From Spirochaetia bacterium (lineage in GTDB: Bacteria > Spirochaetota > Spirochaetia > B11-G9): a DNA stretch of 37,589 bases. Position 1 is the first letter of the stretch, and each line of letters starts with the position of its first letter. Positions 36,400-37,589 of this stretch are shown piece after piece. The translations under genes were made by a program, and so were the position numbers. A model generated the notes under the pieces. The model was not told the origin of the DNA and ran no database searches. It was given only the letters and a program-made list of their open reading frames with translations. The DNA lies in assembly GCA_029932585.1 (NCBI GenBank), contig JAOZPU010000005.1, forward strand, positions 13,527-51,115. The letters run 5' to 3'.

Positions 36400-36702
36400 A
36401 TGGCTCAAAAATTTGAAAAACTTAAGAAAGAGATGAAACTGGAAAATATTCAAAAAGCAAAGATTAAAACAAATGAAATGATGGCAGAGATGTTGTTGAC
36501 TGAAATTCGTAAGGAAGCTGGTTTTACTCAAAAAAATCTGGCAGAAACAATGGGAGTTAAACAACCCAGTTTATCAAAACTTGAATCTCAGAATGATATG
36601 CAGATAAGTACACTTCAACGCCTTGTTAAAGCTCTTGGAGGGCAATTAGAAATGATTGCCCATATGCCTACTGGTGACATTAGATTAAGACAGTTTAAAT
36701 AA
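36400..36702 (+). CDS. XRE-family HTH antitoxin (HigA-like)
   Basis: IRKEAGFTQKNLAETMGVKQPSLSKLE HTH and ISTL...V.ALGG.LE; GAGGAG RBS; 2 nt after the toxin stop. Confidence 0.92.
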   Translation: MAQKFEKLKKEMKLENIQKAKIKTNEMMAEMLLTEIRKEAGFTQKNLAETMGVKQPSLSKLESQNDMQISTLQRLVKALGGQLEMIAHMPTGDIRLRQFK

Positions 36703-36912
36703 AAAGCTCTATTGACTAGTTCCTTTTTACAGTATATTCTGCTTTTATCCCTACTTAGTTTATCAATAATTTAGTTATTTTGCAATTTTTAGCAGTAAAA
36801 GTTGTAAATACCTATAAATTTATTAATAAATTAGAAAGGATATGATTGTGTCAAATCTTATAACATAGAATACAGGTTCTAAAAATCTGTAAGAATAAAA
36901 GGAGAAATTAAT

Positions 36913-37589
36913 ATGAGTGACGTTATTATAAAAAATTCAAGAAACACGGAAAATGCACCCAAAAGTTCTTTTTCTACACAAACTGTAGCTTTTTCTCATT
37001 ACAATAATATTTCAGCTCAATTACCTGTAGACCCTAAAACCGGTAAAATTGTAGCTGGTGGAGCTAAAGAGCAGGCAAAGCAGTGCTTAGCAAATATTAA
37101 AGCAATTGTACACAGTATTGACCATGTTATGGATGATGCTGTTAAAATTACTGTATTTCTTAAGAATATCTCAGATATTGATGCTGTAGATGAAGTTTAT
37201 ACATCATTCTTTCACAGTGATCTTCCTACACGGACAACAGTTGCAGTTGCAGCTTTACCTATGGATGCTTTAGTACAAATTGAAGCAGTTATTTCCAACG
37301 GTGAAGGTACACATCCACAAGCGAGCTTAGATCTAATAAAAGTTTCAAGAAACACAGAAAATGCTCCAAAAGGTGTATATTCTCAAACTGCAGCTTTTTC
37401 TCATTACAATAATATTTCATCTCAACTACCTGTTGATCCAAAATCTGGTAAAATTGTAGCTGGTGGAGTAAAAGAGCAGGCAACCCAGTGTTTAAACAAC
37501 ATTAAAGCAATTTTAGAAAGTATTAACCACGTTATGGGCGATATAGTTAAAACAACTATATATCTTAAAAACATCTCTGATATTGAAGC
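36913..37589 (+). CDS. Multi-domain (tandem) Rid/YjgF/UK114-family protein, truncated by the window end
   Basis: Not in the ORF track. AAAGGAG RBS and ATG 36913, open to the window end: MSDVIIKNSRNTENAPK...QLPVDPKTG...EQAKQCLANIKAI...VKITVFLKNISD...LPTRT...VQIEA, then a second copy SRNTENAPK...QLPVDPKSG...EQATQCLNNIKAI. Confidence 0.92.
   Translation, partial: MSDVIIKNSRNTENAPKSSFSTQTVAFSHYNNISAQLPVDPKTGKIVAGGAKEQAKQCLANIKAIVHSIDHVMDDAVKITVFLKNISDIDAVDEVYTSFFHSDLPTRTTVAVAALPMDALVQIEAVISNGEGTHPQASLDLIKVSRNTENAPKGVYSQTAAFSHYNNISSQLPVDPKSGKIVAGGVKEQATQCLNNIKAILESINHVMGDIVKTTIYLKNISDIE

Noticed and set aside
36842-36868. Possible leader peptide (MIVSNLIT) after AGAAAGGA upstream of the Rid gene
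   Set aside because: The ATG is only 1 nt from the SD-like sequence, there is no attenuator hairpin or telling codon run, and such ORFs arise easily by chance in AT-rich DNA.
899-37483. About 30 short ORFs (60-145 aa) antisense to or out of frame within longer genes, for example 2608..2850, 7545..7862, 14835..15146, 21317..21754 and 37289..37483
   Set aside because: They overlap well-supported genes, show no recognisable motifs, and look like shadow ORFs.

Overview
This AT-rich 37.6-kb window looks like chromosomal DNA from a free-living, probably anaerobic spirochaete. The assignment is an inference from a Treponema/Borrelia-type CheY and 'LFAxGxKE' signal peptides on the solute-binding proteins. 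In order it holds: the end of an ABC importer; a BI-1/YccA gene; a chemosensory operon (2 MCPs, hybrid CheA-REC, CheW, CheB, CheR) ending in a REC-adenylate cyclase rather than CheY; a methanogen-type homocysteine/sulfide-assimilation trio (DUF39, NIL-ferredoxin, UPF0280); an orphan cheY; a lipoprotein/FecR-domain cluster; hflX; System II cytochrome c maturation (ccsBA) with apbE; an 11-gene co-directional run (Thr-type S58 hydrolase, PanE, M20 amidohydrolase, HAD, MBL hydrolase, Opp/Dpp-type ABC importer, calcineurin-like phosphoesterase); a toxin-first RelE/HigB-HTH pair; and a tandem-domain Rid protein cut by the window edge and missed by the ORF track. The best leads are: (1) the 11-gene run may be a CoA/pantetheine uptake-and-breakdown pathway (inference); (2) the same 42-nt structured leader precedes two unrelated ABC binding-protein genes 32.7 kb apart; (3) a GC-rich AACCTCCGTCCC(C) motif recurs mostly inside genes, once supplying a ribosome-binding site; (4) the chemosensory system appears wired to cAMP synthesis. 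I saw no rRNA, tRNA, CRISPR array or transposase. All calls are by eye; no searches were run.
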